A stretch of DNA of 63,973 nt, filler included, from Licmophora abbreviata (Eukaryota), in assembly GCA_900291995.1 (NCBI GenBank). It is 18 parts of 18 records of this genome, joined end to end, with 100 filler letters (N's around TTAATTAATTAA, not from the genome) between each part and the next. Parts side by side here need not be neighbours in the genome. Positions count along the whole stretch, not along the records: positions 46,655 to 50,029 come from OLMU01003553.1; positions 50,130 to 56,656 come from OLMU01003554.1; positions 56,757 to 58,912 come from OLMU01003556.1; 15 more parts are not named here. One strand, 5' to 3'. Of the stretch, positions 46,832 to 59,012 are shown in pieces. The translations under genes and the position numbers were made by a program. How positions within the stretch are numbered: the stretch's first letter is position 1; every line of letters starts with the position of its first letter. The notes beneath the pieces are model-generated. The model made no database searches, was not told the origin of the DNA, and worked only from the letters and a program-made list of their open reading frames with translations.

Positions 46832-47892
46832 ATGGTGAAGATGACACGCTGCTCTCTTGTTTCGGCGTCTCTCCTACTCATCGCGGGCCTGGATGGCGTT
46901 TCTGGATTCAATGTCAACAACGGGTAGGTCGGATCCAAGCAAAGCTAATGACGATTGGTGCGCTGTTTATGATGTGTGAATAAGGCGCGCCGCCGTCGCG
47001 ATCTCATTCCAAATCTGTGTCCAATTCGTACTCATCGCATCTTCCCTTGCCGTGATTGTAGCAAATCGCAGTCCGCATCTTCCAGAACTCTCAATAGAAT
47101 CACTCGGCTATATGTAGGAGATGCGCGAGGCGAATACTATGGCGAGAGTGGGGGTTCCTTCATGGTGAAAGAGTTCAGGTACCGTTCTAGTTACTACAAC
47201 AGTGCATGCATGCATGCATATGAGTACTCGGCAGGATCGCTCGGTGCATGGATTTGTGTATACACTTATGACGACGCAATATACTCACTATCTCTACTCC
47301 CCATCATTACAGTTTGTATGAACAGCTGAAGGAGATTGTCGACTTGTCATCCAAAGCTCTCCCCGAACGTCCCGACGGCATTGTCTGCGTCGCCAAGTAT
47401 TCCTCCCAGTCGCGGACGGACTGTCGCGCCACCGAAGCAGAATACGAAAGACTGGCACGCTCCAATCCTGCCACCTTGTTCCTCCGATGCTTTGAAGAAT
47501 ATCAAGATGCCCCCATCCTCCTCGCACAGGCCAGTGTCCAAACCTACCCCACCTACGATATATTCTATGGTGGGAACCGTGTAGCGCGTGTAGAAGGCGG
47601 TGGTGGACATGTCGAACTGCAAGAGTTGATTGAGAACTATCAATTTCAAAATTCACAACTGGACTTGTTTAGTGAAGAGGCGGACAATGAGAAGCGACTG
47701 AAATGGGGGGATGGGAAACTGAAGGATCCGACCAAGACGCCTCGAACGACCAATCGATTCATTCCAGGATACGATTGGAACAAGGATAGAGGATTCTTCG
47801 ATGACTTGGGAGACAAGTTTCAAGAAGACTTTGATAAGATCTATGGGAATTGGGTACCGAACGTCGAAGACGATGAGCCCAATAACAAGTAG
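46832..47892 (+). CDS. Plastid-targeted thioredoxin-fold protein lacking CxxC
   Basis: Signal peptide ending VSG/F; introns 46924-47061 and 47179-47312; VAKYSSQSRTDCRA...YERLA...FLRC...VQTYPTYDIFYGGNRVARVEG. Confidence 0.7.
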
Positions 47893-48663
47893 CAATAGTA
47901 GCAACAAGACATTATTGCAGCAACAAGTCATAGCATAATCTAGTCGCCTCGTACACTTCTTCTTGATCCTCCTCGTCATTCTCTGGCGATGATTTGGTAG
48001 CGCAACCAAAAATATCGATTCTATTACGAAGCAACTTGTGGGTCAGGTCATACACCCGTAGCTGGTTGCCGTTTGCCAAGACGTGCGGACGGGGTCCGTC
48101 GGGACTCCGCTTCATGTGAAGGACCACAGTATCCGTGTCCAAGGCCCTCCGCTGGCCTCTGGATGAAATTGGACACTGAAGAATGGCTTTTCGGTACCGG
48201 TATGCACAATACCCTCATTCGACCGGACAGCTTCTTACCGGTATGAGTATAATGCACACTACGTTGTCGTATCTTCGGCTTAAACTGATCATAAACCGGT
48301 ACGCTTGGTTCCCTCTACCCTACTAAAACGGCAACTAGAAATGATCGAGCAGAGTGCTTGGGGGATACTCTTTCATATACTTCACAACACCCGCGGCTCG
48401 TCAAACTTACTGTATGTTGCACCATCGTCATCATTGACAAAATCTTAGCTCAAAATCCAAACTCACGAGTTCAGATTTCATCCGCGCGCGGCGGTCGACA
48501 CAACCCGAGGCTGACCATGGCGTCGTCGCAGTTTAGAACGTTCAGAAAAAGCTTAGTGTCGACGATGCGTGTCCTTAATCCTTTCACTGTCGATGCTGCA
48601 GTGTGCTTATACGAACGTGACTAATACTGAAGGAATAACAGCAAAAGAAGCAACGACAACGAG

Positions 48664-50029
48664 ATGAACGCACATCCTTCGCATCGACCTCGTCCTTTCA
48701 CAAAGAGTTTGCCTTGTCGTCCATGGACGATTCTGCTCTTAGTTTCTGTGGGACTGACCCTCTTCCAACAGTTTCGCACTCTGGTGGATACTACTGCGAA
48801 GGCTTCAAGTGGTGAAGGGGCCGTGGGCTTGATCCCAAGCGGCCATCATCCACAACAACTCTTGCGACGACAACGACCACTGACGGGACATCGCTACATT
48901 CCTCCCGTGCCTGTGAGCAAGACAACAACGACGAATCAATCCTCTGTCAAGACACTGCCCCTCTTGGTGTACTCGGAAACTCGCACGGACAGCGGCCGCG
49001 ACGATTGTATCTGTGACTTGGTATCAGTCGACTGTTTGCACATACTTCAGTGCGATGCACAAATCTACACGGCAACAGAATCAACAAAAACAGAATTGGC
49101 ACGATCCATTCGGCAAGTTATGCGAGAGTCATACTACAAAGCAGATGAAACGGCAATGCTCAATACGCTCGGTTGGGCTCCTGTCGGAAAGACCTTGCAG
49201 TACCAAGCGATTGAAACGTACAAGACATGGACGAAGAATGGTAGGCTACCCGTGGGTATGGATACCCAGGAAGATTCCTTCTTTTGTAATTATACATGGT
49301 ATGAGGAGTGTGCAAAACTTGGTATAAAGGGCAAGGCGTGCTTCTTTCAAAGCGTCAATGTGAGTGCTGAAGTGGTGGAGGGAGAGAATGAGCCGAACAG
49401 TGTCACTTCCACTACTGCTGATTCTGCTACAATACTTCCGACGAGTTCCAACATTCAAGAGGATCTGGAACGGTTTCGACGAAAGGCTACTGCCACGAGA
49501 GGTGGATACGGTCAATATTCCCCACAAGTACCACCGATCTCGTATCTCTTGACGTTTGCCCACCTGCTTCGACTCCGCTTTGAGCTGCGTCCCTTTCTAC
49601 ATCGCATATACCAACAGCGTGTTGTACGAGTCATTCATCATGATACCAGCAGTTCCTCATCGGTACCAGTATCGTCGCTCCGAGTCAGTTTGCATCTACG
49701 ACGAGCCGATGCGTGTCATCACGAGCAAGAAGGATACGAGACGAGTGGGTCTCCATTGGACAGTCCATCACAAACGACGAATCGACGCAAGTGTTACGCC
49801 ACATCGGTCTACATGGATGCGCTCCAACGGGTCCAATCCATGGTGGGAAATGCAACAGTCCTACACGTCTACTTGTCGACGGACCACGCGGGGTCCGTCA
49901 TGGACGAAATTCAAACGCATCATGCAGAATTGTACCGACAAATGAACTGGTACTACTTGAACTACGGCGATTCCAATACGTTTGACTATCAAGGTGTGAT
50001 TGAAATTAACGCCGGCAGTGAAAAGCAAG
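48664..50029 (+). CDS. Type II membrane fucosyltransferase-like protein (GT23/FUT8-like motifs), 3' truncated
   Basis: N-terminal TM; VSLHLRRAD and VYLSTD match the GDP-fucose-binding motifs (HxRRxD, vylaTD) of alpha-1,2/alpha-1,6/O-fucosyltransferases. Confidence 0.6.
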
Positions 50030-50558
50030 NNNNNNNNNNNNNNNNNNNNNNNNNNNNNNNNNNNNNNNNNNNNTTAATTAATTAANNNNNNNNNNNNNNN
50101 NNNNNNNNNNNNNNNNNNNNNNNNNNNNNAAGCCGTGCGTTTTGCTGCTTTGTGTGCGCAACGGGAAGGGGAAGGGGGACGATGATGAGAGGTCTTGTTG
50201 AAATTCCTTTGCCCCGTAGAACAATACCACATTATGTGTATGTAGGTGCTAAACAAACTGATAGTACAATCTTGAGCGCGCCTCGATAAGTCGAGTGAGT
50301 CGGATTGTAACTCTCGCCTCCGCGCCTGCCCTGCCTTCCTCTCTCACATTTTTCAGCGATGCGCTGTGCACTGCCATCCCTTCGCCAACTCTATCGTCAT
50401 TGTTGTTGTTGAGTTTGCTGTTGTCGTCGTCGCCCTTTGCCCACGCGAATGCAAGCTGGATGAGTCGATAGAAACCAAACTTCTATTTCTTTTATTCTAG
50501 AGCTATTTAACGAACAGATCCGTCCTGAACGACCGCAAGACAAAGTTTTGCCCCCATC

Positions 50559-51659
50559 ATGCCGATTTCCAAGCATGCCACGGATGTCGGCCTGGCAGTG
50601 TTGGCGGGATCGGCCGTGCTCGGAACCCTAATCGCGTACCTCACCCCGTCTCCTGCTCCGCCTCCGGCGATTGACGTCGCCTTTGTCGGAAACTCCATGC
50701 TCTTTGTCAATGATATGCCTCGCTTCTTGGAAGAGCTGTCGCAGGGCTCCATTTATCAAGATTCGTGTTTCCACGGATCTCTTACGTTCAAGAGACTGCT
50801 ACAAAAGGGCAATGGCATGTACCACAAGTGGACAACGAAGAATGCCGAAATCGAGGAAGGAATCTATGACTATGGCGCATGTTCCGTCCCCCAGTTGCTG
50901 CTGGGCTCCGATGAAAACCTCAGTATGGAAAACTGGAATGGAGCATTCACGGACGATGGCAAGAATCCATGCTTTCAAGACAATGATTACTTTCGCTATC
51001 GATATTACCAAACGGATCAGACAACGTGGGACTTTGTCGTATTGAACGATCAGTCGAGACAGCCTGCCGTTGAGTCTGCGCGGGAGTACTCTCTGGAAGT
51101 GCTCGGGTCGACTTATGTGAATTACTTTCTTCAAAATGGCGCCACTCCCGTATTGGTGGCGACGCATGGTTACGAGGCTGTCAATGAGAATACGACGGCA
51201 AGCATGGGTGATGTTGCCACGTTTACATCCAATGTGTACGAAGGCTATCGTCAATACGCCTCGTTATTGGCGCAGTATCTTCCCAGCTCGCAAGCGCCTC
51301 GCATTGCTCCCACCGGTCTGGCGTTTCTCTATATCTACGAAGACGATCCGGACATGTGGAAGAGACTCTTCTACATCGACGGCTTTCACCCCTCTCCACA
51401 CGGCTCGTACTTGATGGGACTGGTTCTGTATGCGACTCTGTATGGAAAGATGCCTCCTCCGCACAGCGCCTTTGCCTTGAACCGATTGTGGAGTCGGGCA
51501 CGGAAAATGGAAATCGGGAGCAAGGCTCACATGGCCCGACCGACCTACAAGGAAGCCAGCTACTTGTTCAGTGTGGCGCAAAAGATTGCCTTGAAAGGAA
51601 AACTTCCATCCACTCTTGTACTGTACAATGATTATGATGATGACGGCAGTACATCGTGA
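50559..51659 (+). CDS. Membrane-anchored SGNH/GDSL-fold hydrolase (esterase/acyltransferase-like)
   Basis: N-terminal TM; FVGNS block I, WDFVVLNDQS, DGFHPSPHGSYL (DxxH block V). Confidence 0.72.
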   Translation: MPISKHATDVGLAVLAGSAVLGTLIAYLTPSPAPPPAIDVAFVGNSMLFVNDMPRFLEELSQGSIYQDSCFHGSLTFKRLLQKGNGMYHKWTTKNAEIEEGIYDYGACSVPQLLLGSDENLSMENWNGAFTDDGKNPCFQDNDYFRYRYYQTDQTTWDFVVLNDQSRQPAVESAREYSLEVLGSTYVNYFLQNGATPVLVATHGYEAVNENTTASMGDVATFTSNVYEGYRQYASLLAQYLPSSQAPRIAPTGLAFLYIYEDDPDMWKRLFYIDGFHPSPHGSYLMGLVLYATLYGKMPPPHSAFALNRLWSRARKMEIGSKAHMARPTYKEASYLFSVAQKIALKGKLPSTLVLYNDYDDDGSTS

Positions 51660-51766
51660 TGGTTCTTTTTTTCCCTATTCATTTGCAAGTAGTGTTCTGA
51701 AGTTTCATTTTAGAGTTTGTGTCCCACAAATTACTCGGTTTGTTTCTAGAGTAGTTATATCATACA

Positions 51767-52975
51767 TCAACAAAGGACAATGGAGTACGCCTGTTCCACA
51801 TCCTTGACGACTTGCTCAAAGTAGCGCTGAGCCGTCTCGTACACAATTGCGTCTTGGTCTGTCAAGGATGCCACCCGCTCCATCTGCTCTGGACTGAGTT
51901 GGAACGAATCGCCATGATGAATGGTTCCGTGATCAATCCGAAATGATGCAATTGTGGAATTGACATCCACCCGACGCTCCAACGACTGCATACTACTACT
52001 ACAGTCGCATCGAGCTGGTACTTTCCCCAAGAGCTTGATGGAAATGAGACATATCGATCGATCCAATTGGGAAGTGAGTCCAATGACATCGAATCTGGAC
52101 GTGAGACTGTCGATTCCTCCGAGCATAGAGCTTTGCAGGTTGATGGGCTTGTAGCAGTCAAAGGTATAGAGAAGAGGATAGTTGCTGGTCGTGGCGTCTG
52201 CAGTCCCATTATTCCGTACGTCAACCCAGTAGTCTATACAATGAACGTGGAGTATCAACCGAAACACGAGGCGGGGTGTGAGATGAGATGGGCCGATTGC
52301 AAGCTGCAAAATCATTCAAAGGAGTAATACATACACAGCATTACACGTACCAAGCCAATCTGTCATTTCTGGCATTTCCGTGTACGTCGGCTTCCGCCAT
52401 TCCGACTCGGTGCAGTGAAAGTATTGAGAGATGACGTGATGCGTGGGATCCCGTACAATCGTAAAGTGTCGTTCGGCGTGCGGAAAGTAAGGACTCTCCG
52501 ACATGTGCGCGGTGCAATTCCACCCCATCCGCATCCACTGGTCCCACCTCCGTTCATCTAACTGTTCGATGGCGTGGTTGCAAACATCTGCATAATTCTG
52601 GCGAGGACAAATCTCTTTCATGTCCTCCCTAAGCCGTTCGGCGGCCGAGTTTCCACCGGCCTTTGGAATATGAACAATGAAATTAGGGAGATTTCCCCTC
52701 ACGGGACAGGATGCTTCTTCTATCCTCGTGAGGCTGTCTGCGGGGACAAAAAAGTCGTTGTAGGTTCCATCGTTGTAGGCACCGCGGAGGCGCGCTTGGG
52801 TCTTGCGCACCACGGTCTTGGGGTCTGACAGCAGCGGATGCGCCTGGACGAGCCCGAGAACTAGGCACACAGCTATCAGCATCCTTCCGACGACAGATCT
52901 AAGGAACTGACGACGAGGAGGCAATTTCGGTCGAACTAGAGCGACTTTGTGCGATACACATGAACACAAAGGCAT
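51767..52975 (-). CDS. Golgi-type carbohydrate sulfotransferase
   Basis: TM near N-terminus; 5'PSB HIPKAGGNS, 3'PB TIVRDP..HVISQY, VIGLT, D..VY; intron 52234-52350. Confidence 0.82.
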
Positions 52976-53311
52976 CGCGGCGTGTCGGCTGTCGTGGTCG
53001 AGATCAGGATTTTGAGAAAAAGACACATCGCTCGACTCGCTCGAATCAATCTCGCTGAATGCCGTTTGGCGTCCGTATCATGTATCATGACAAACGTCCA
53101 TGACATTTCTATCATATCCAAAACCAACGTCCTTTAGGATTAGAATCGAGAGCTCACAAATTCAAAAGCGATTTTTGAAAAAGGTAGAGGAACGTTCACA
53201 TGAGATGACCGACCACACTGCGTTCCAGAAAGAGAGAAGACAATACTTCCACTATAACGCATAATTATCACAAGAATCTAGCTGTCTCCAACAAATAATC
53301 GAAAAGGGTGG

Positions 53312-55297
53312 ATGACGATGATGAACCATGGAAATGCACTTGCTATCTTTTCCGTGGCGATGCTCGTCTTTGGGTCCCTTGTATCCTTTCAACTGGCATC
53401 AACGGACTTTCTTCGCAACCACCAAGCCGCATTCGTCACGACGACACTAGAGGATGTTTCGAATCAGAAGGATGAGCAGGGTCGAATCCTTCTTCCCGAT
53501 TGGCGTCTTTCGGTCGACTGCTCGGTCTTCAGTCGCGACTGCCCGTTGGCCAAGATGAGGACTCATCGGTATGCGGAATATCCCTTTCGTCTTGGAGAAA
53601 GTGATCAGTACGACTGGGAAACAGATCTTCCACAAGGGTGGAATGTAAGTCTGGCGGTTAGTCCCACGCAAGAACGACACTCTGTGCTGGATCTCGATCT
53701 TCCAAATGGTGTCAATGCATGCGTCGAGGCGGCGTTAAAAAAGTCTGTCGACCAGCAGCTGGACGAACTTCTGTCTCATCTTCGACGAGGCCATGTGACT
53801 ACTACTACTTCAGGAGAAAGGGCGATTGCATTTACAATCTCAGACTTTTCGTACGCGCAAGACATGTTGCAAGATGTCTTAGAAATGTCCCGTGAGATTG
53901 TGTTGGGATACGACGGACTCTTCATGGTGGCTATGGACCGAGAAACCATGCAGCTTGCGTGTAAGCACGACGTTCCATTCCTTGCATGGCCTCTCCCATC
54001 TACTGATGATCGAGCGCAGAATAGTGCATTGAAAGAGACCGTAGCCAACACCAAATTTGATGTTTCCTACAAACTCGTTCAGCGAAACCAGTCCTTCTTC
54101 TTTTTTGAGATGGACGTTTGGTTTGTGCAGTCGCCTCAAGCCATTATACAACGACAAACGGCCGACCTCATCTTTTCCGGTCATCAAGACAATCCGAACG
54201 CCGTCAACATTGGCGTTTACTCGGCTCTAGCAAACGATGCGACTCGTGAATTCTTCCGGATCTGTATCGACGTGCTTCGTGCGTCTCCAGAATCGCACGA
54301 CCAACGTGTCATGCAACAAGTTGTTTGGTGGGCTGGCGAAGCCAGGGCAGGAAAGAATCTGGTTGACGGCGGATGGCTTCGCCCCTTCAAGCCAACACTT
54401 CCCACCATTACGCACCCAGTGAGTGTGGACCTTTTCACCGCTCACGAGATTGCCTCCAGCGTCTGGCCTATCGCAACAGAAGAAACTCTAGCGATCCATA
54501 CTCTTTGCGGAGTTCCCTTGCGAACGCCGCATGGAAAGAAAGCAATCGCAAAGGAACTCGGTGGCTGGTATGGGAGTGGTTCTTATTACCAAAATGCCGA
54601 GAATCGCTATTTATGGTTTGATGGGCATGTCGTGAATGGATACTCGACCGTCATGAACTGGCCCGGATTCTATCATCGATGGGATCTCTTGCAATGGATG
54701 GTAGCGGCGACAATCGCGTTGGCACGAAGAACGAACCGCATCTGGGTCACGCCCAAGGTAATTCATGACTACGGAATCCACTTTCTCTGGGTCTTTCTCG
54801 ATATGGAGTCTGTGGAGGCCTTGGTCGACGTGAGGGAGACCAACTTCCCGAACAATGCAAAAGCCTGGCACAACGCGTCAGTTCCTTTCCATCCTATAGC
54901 GCGGACTGCTCTGGCAGGGGATGGTCGACTCTTCGTGCAGTCGGATGCTTCTCAAGGTATCTCGTCGACCGACAAGACCCATAAGAACAACGTGAGGGCG
55001 TGGAAGCTACACATGCAAACCAGCTTTGACGCGTGGTTCTCCATTCACAATGTCATTCCGGAACTTCACGATGCACAAGTACTCTTGTCTGGATTACCGG
55101 CTGCCGTTCCGCTCTTTGACGAACTGACAAGCAAACTACGCAACAAGGAAGATCTCAGTGTTGCCGAAAAGGAAATTCGAGATGTGTGGCGCAAGCTTCG
55201 ATGGTGCGGTGCAGGCATCGAACATGAGACCTTCGTCGGGAGAGCGAACGCGGATATGGACTGTTATGGCAAAGGGAAGGCTCTGCATGGGTTTTAG
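53312..55297 (+). CDS. Nucleotide-diphospho-sugar transferase (GT77-like) with additional C-terminal domain
   Basis: N-terminal signal anchor; FMVAMD, TK, FFFEMDVWF (DxD variant ExD), NIGVY, HDQ. Confidence 0.72.
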   Translation: MTMMNHGNALAIFSVAMLVFGSLVSFQLASTDFLRNHQAAFVTTTLEDVSNQKDEQGRILLPDWRLSVDCSVFSRDCPLAKMRTHRYAEYPFRLGESDQYDWETDLPQGWNVSLAVSPTQERHSVLDLDLPNGVNACVEAALKKSVDQQLDELLSHLRRGHVTTTTSGERAIAFTISDFSYAQDMLQDVLEMSREIVLGYDGLFMVAMDRETMQLACKHDVPFLAWPLPSTDDRAQNSALKETVANTKFDVSYKLVQRNQSFFFFEMDVWFVQSPQAIIQRQTADLIFSGHQDNPNAVNIGVYSALANDATREFFRICIDVLRASPESHDQRVMQQVVWWAGEARAGKNLVDGGWLRPFKPTLPTITHPVSVDLFTAHEIASSVWPIATEETLAIHTLCGVPLRTPHGKKAIAKELGGWYGSGSYYQNAENRYLWFDGHVVNGYSTVMNWPGFYHRWDLLQWMVAATIALARRTNRIWVTPKVIHDYGIHFLWVFLDMESVEALVDVRETNFPNNAKAWHNASVPFHPIARTALAGDGRLFVQSDASQGISSTDKTHKNNVRAWKLHMQTSFDAWFSIHNVIPELHDAQVLLSGLPAAVPLFDELTSKLRNKEDLSVAEKEIRDVWRKLRWCGAGIEHETFVGRANADMDCYGKGKALHGF

Positions 55298-56386
55298 AGC
55301 TGCGAGGGGATGACAGGACGACTATGAGTGTCGTGGAGGTGCCCTTACGTCTGTATTCATCATTGTGGAATGAGTAAGAGTGAGTGATCGTCCCTGTCAA
55401 ACATGCCGTCACGCTTCTACCATGCACGTACCTTTGTGAGAACGTGTACATTGTGACGGTGGCCAACTCCCAGCTCTCCATTTATGCTGACCCCATTTAC
55501 GCCAAGACAGTTTTTCAGGGGCCTCAAGTTCGTCCGGAAGTTCGCGTTGAATATTGCACAAGAGAATCATGCGGCGAATGAAGCCATGATGGACGCGTCA
55601 GAAGAAGAAAAGAGACGAAAAAGAGAACACGCAGCGGGCGCTGCGGCAGCTTCTGCCTTTGCCAAAGTCGAACCGCTATTGACGGTACCGAAAAGTACGA
55701 CGACAAATACCGGCTGCAGCATCATTTGAAAGCGAAGTATTGTAGCAGGAGACAGCGGGAGAGTTATAGTTGGTGATCGGTTAGTGCTGTGCGTGTTGTG
55801 AAGATGTTGTTCGGAAAGAGACGATCGATTGACCTAAAGATAGTGTACACAGGATCGATTGTTTGTGTGACGAGGTTTAGTATGTAAGGTGCTACTGGGC
55901 GCTGGATGGGTATGCTCCGAGTACAAGAGACACAATCGCCGTGGCGTCGTGTAATTTAGCTTGATCTTAGAGAAGACTTTCGTTGAACTCTTCACTTGCC
56001 GATGCTGCTAAGCGCTTGCTTGAATACGGCTCTAGGTCGTCTCTTGGATAGGTAGTGTCTCTTATCCATATACGAGTAGCTCTGTTTGCTAGCATGCCCG
56101 TGGACCCTAGCGATAGTACGAGCTCTCGTACATACTCAAAGTGTGACGAGTGTGAGTCATGGGTTCGACTCATCGGACTCAATAGAAATGACTTCAATTT
56201 GAAAAAAATTGGAAAATTAACTGATGAATCAAATCATCGCTTGCTTCATGCGTTGTCGTCATCATGCATCAGGATCGTCGCATGTACGCATCAACCATCG
56301 GTTCGCCTCCTTGTCATTTCAGAGTGTTCTTGACTGCATTATCCTTGGCTACTGATTCGTAGTATTAAATTTGAGTTTGGAGAGAC

Positions 56387-56656
56387 ATGGCGGTCGACAG
56401 GAACGAATTTCCAACGCGCGGAGCGTTTGGAATTGTGGTCATTGTTTTGATTGCGTTCGTGACCGTGTTTCAACAGAATCGAGAGTTGACCTCGGGGTTT
56501 ACAAAGCAGCTCGTTACGGCGGCTCGTTCGGAGGAAACAGTTGCAGCCGCTGTCGTGGATCCAAACGCTCAAACGACTGCTAGTGCTAGCAGCAGTACTA
56601 CTTCTGCTCCTTCTCGAAGTCCCAAGGACGACCAGCATGACTCGCCACCGCCGCAG
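56387..56656 (+). CDS. 5' fragment of a type II membrane (Golgi-like) protein
   Basis: Short cytosolic tail, TM GAFGIVVIVLIAFVTVF, S/T/P/A-rich stem running into the spacer. Confidence 0.55.
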
Positions 56657-56756
56657 NNNNNNNNNNNNNNNNNNNNNNNNNNNNNNNNNNNNNNNNNNNN
56701 TTAATTAATTAANNNNNNNNNNNNNNNNNNNNNNNNNNNNNNNNNNNNNNNNNNNN

Positions 56757-57849
56757 ATTGGTATGGGACATTCGTTGCTGCCAGAGCTTCCTGGCGAGCA
56801 ACGACCTATTGGGGCTCTAGGTGGCTTGCCTTTGAACCGTGCGTCCAGCGGCAGCGACCGCAATCTATATGGTCAGACACATCCAATGGATGCTATGAAA
56901 AGAAGCGTCAGCACTGGCCACCAAGCTAGAGCGGACCTACAAGACCATTCGAGGGGCATGGGAATGATGCAACCTCACCTGCAGCCGACACACCCGACTG
57001 AGGAAGCATTTCTGTCAATGCAGAGAACCCCAAGTCTTCCTGAGCCGAAAATGTCGCACTTGCCAGCGACGCACGCTTCGACGCAACAGCGGCACATGGA
57101 GTACCAGAGGCAGTTTTCGGCACCCGAGCCTGTGGATCATATGCCGCTGGGTCGGAGCGGTCCTGCCCATGGCATGAGGGGACGTATATCGCACCGCCCC
57201 CGGACTTGGCGACAGTGCAAGCGGGCCTGGCTTGTGGGGTCGCACCCATGCGAGAACACCGCAAACTGAACCGCCTCTCCAAGACTCGATCGGACTGGGC
57301 CCCTCTGCAACTTATATGTCGCACCCCCCTCAGTCGAGGCCTGTTCCATCTCTGTCGCAGCCTCCAAATAGCCAGCAGCTGCGTGAAGAAAATCAGCTTG
57401 GTAGTGGCTATCCGCATAGTCGTAGCTCTGAACCAGTGGGCAGCGGTCCATCGGGTCTCCATCTCGGATACCCAGCGCATGTTGTACCTATGGCTGGGGG
57501 CGAAGCTGACTCCAGTTTGGTCGATAGTATGTTTGGGACTTTCGGAGTCGGCGGCGACCAGAATATATTGACCGGTCTAGCTGGTCTTTCTTTGTCCAAC
57601 AGCAGCAGCAACAACAATTCCACACTGGGAAGCAGGGCCGCTGGATGGGGTCAATCGATTTCAGGATGGGGCGAAGGACGCGGCCAAGCGGATCCTCCAG
57701 TGCCACAGCACAATACTGAATCCCTCCTGTCTTCGGAAAGCGGTCTACCACCCTTTCTTGCGGGTCAGTATTCTCAAGAGAGGCCTCCCGGTCATCCGGG
57801 TCAGCAGCCACAACAACAACAACAGCAATCTCGATTCAACTGGAGCTAG
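56757..57849 (+). CDS. 3' part of a low-complexity P/Q/G/S-rich hypothetical protein (one apparent frameshift)
   Basis: Two overlapping ORFs of the same composition join near 57180-57240; ends QQQQSRFNWS. Confidence 0.5.
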
Positions 57850-58303
57850 ACGCAAGCTTCACCTTGAAGTGAAGTGTCGTTACTGGAATATGCGACTTAC
57901 TGCGATGGTTGTTTATTTTGTCTCGATTGTGAACGTACTCGTTCGTCCCTCATCAATCAATGCGTGTTTGATGATGGGTCACTGCCAAACGAGTACAAGT
58001 TCGAGTTCACTTTTGTATTGCTACATTTACTATGTCATTCACTGCGCGTTTGACAAGCAATCACTACAGGGAGCGGCGTCTTACTTAGTTGTTTGAGTCG
58101 ACAGAACGAAGAGAAGATGCATGTGATGAATGGATGAACTATCGGGAATGCCGCGTGTATGGAGAAAATCAAAAGTGCATACGGCTCTTACAAGTGCACT
58201 AGTGACAACGAGACTAGTCGACTTGACTCTGATACTTGCGCGAGTAATCACAGGCACTTTTGAAATTTCTAGTAGCACGGATGATGTGTACTGTACTTGT
58301 GTG

Positions 58304-58912
58304 TTATAATACCGCCGTCGCTTGTTTGAGCGCTTGTCTTTTTGCCAATCGCAAGGCCCGCTTGTTGATTGGAACCGGTCGCAGTAGCGCAGCCTTGACC
58401 CACGAAAAGAGCACCCACAGAATGATAACTTGTCGGTACTTGGAAATCAGTTGCAATATTTTCCGCATCAATGTCGCAACGTACACGACAATCTTGGTCG
58501 TTCCGACGGATCGACGAATGCCCTTGGGGGTGATGCCATGAAAGAATGCCACGAGTCGAGATGCATGAGACTCCGATAGTGGAACTCCTGCCATGGATGC
58601 TAGCTGCTGAACCTGGGAAGGATTGGTGTTTTGTAGGAACTGACAAATCGTGTCTTGCGTCTCTTCTCGTTCCAGTCGTTTGGTGAGCGACAATAGGACA
58701 GCCTTGGCCATGCCACCGCCATTATCTCTATCGCCGCCGCCAAGATTCGACAGCAGCATGCCCGCGAATGGATTACCGCCACCCATGTTTCCAGGGACGC
58801 CGCCAGTTGGACTGCTCTTGTTCAAAAGCGACTCCAGCAGCGACGACGACGACGACGACGATGGTGTCGCCATGGGTGCAATCGACGTCGACTTTCCTCC
58901 TCCAAAGCTGCT
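58304..58912 (-). CDS. 3' part of a hypothetical membrane protein
   Basis: Open frame from the spacer; G/M/N-rich linker, helical segment LQNTNPSQVQQLASMAG, C-terminal hydrophobic and basic segment. Confidence 0.55.
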   Translation of the reverse strand, partial: SSFGGGKSTSIAPMATPSSSSSSSLLESLLNKSSPTGGVPGNMGGGNPFAGMLLSNLGGGDRDNGGGMAKAVLLSLTKRLEREETQDTICQFLQNTNPSQVQQLASMAGVPLSESHASRLVAFFHGITPKGIRRSVGTTKIVVYVATLMRKILQLISKYRQVIILWVLFSWVKAALLRPVPINKRALRLAKRQALKQATAVL

Positions 58913-59012
58913 NNNNNNNNNNNNNNNNNNNNNNNNNNNNNNNNNNNNNNNNNNNNTTAATTAATTAANNNNNNNNNNNNNNNNNNNNNNNNNNNNNNNN
59001 NNNNNNNNNNNN

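Noticed and set aside
47912..48257. Two short overlapping minus-strand ORFs that might be one frameshifted small gene
   Set aside because: No recognisable domain or clear start; cannot be supported without transcripts.
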